A DNA stretch of 32,293 nt from a virus (taxonomy: Duplodnaviria > Caudoviricetes): the IMG/VR virus record IMGVR_UViG_3300034407_001190, positions 1 to 32,293 of that record; one strand, given 5' to 3'. The notes beneath the pieces were generated by a model that worked only from the letters and a program-made list of their open reading frames with translations, did no database searches and was not told the DNA's origin. Below are positions 32,293 through 32,293 of this stretch, piece after piece. Position numbers and translations under genes: made by a program. Every line of letters starts with the position of its first letter. Within the stretch, counting starts at the first letter, position 1.

Positions 32293-32293
32293 A

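Noticed and set aside
1-32293. Stop-codon reassignment as in some crAss-like phages
   Set aside because: Long ORFs are intact in code 11. TAG (e.g. 384, 2764, 4534) and TGA (1957, 7558, 9034) terminate genes at tight junctions.

Overview
The window is a fragment of an AT-rich tailed-phage genome with podovirus-type architecture. The host is most likely Bacteroidota (Flavobacteriia): TAnnTTTG promoter elements, AT-rich initiation regions without SD, a BT4734/VirE-N-type primase, and crAss-/Cellulophaga-podovirus-like capsid and tail genes. 1-10559 (+) holds small early genes and a replication/recombination module: Nmad1-like protein, two DnaA domain-IV-like proteins, Sak3-like annealase, exonuclease, SSB-like protein, primase-helicase, SF2 helicase and nucleases. 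10556-32293 (-) is the virion module: partial major capsid protein, two tail ring proteins, an apparently split nozzle/muzzle with Cys-bounded repeat modules, a cupin, and three ejection-type proteins, the largest 2208 aa. The two strongest unexplained signals are (1) 21 copies of the palindrome GTTTAAAC (mostly YGTTTAAACR) in a steep density gradient from the left end, and (2) a segment inside the 2208-aa ejection protein resembling the phage SAM-lyase signature. GATC and CCGG also appear to be avoided. All family assignments come from recognising motifs by eye; no searches were run.
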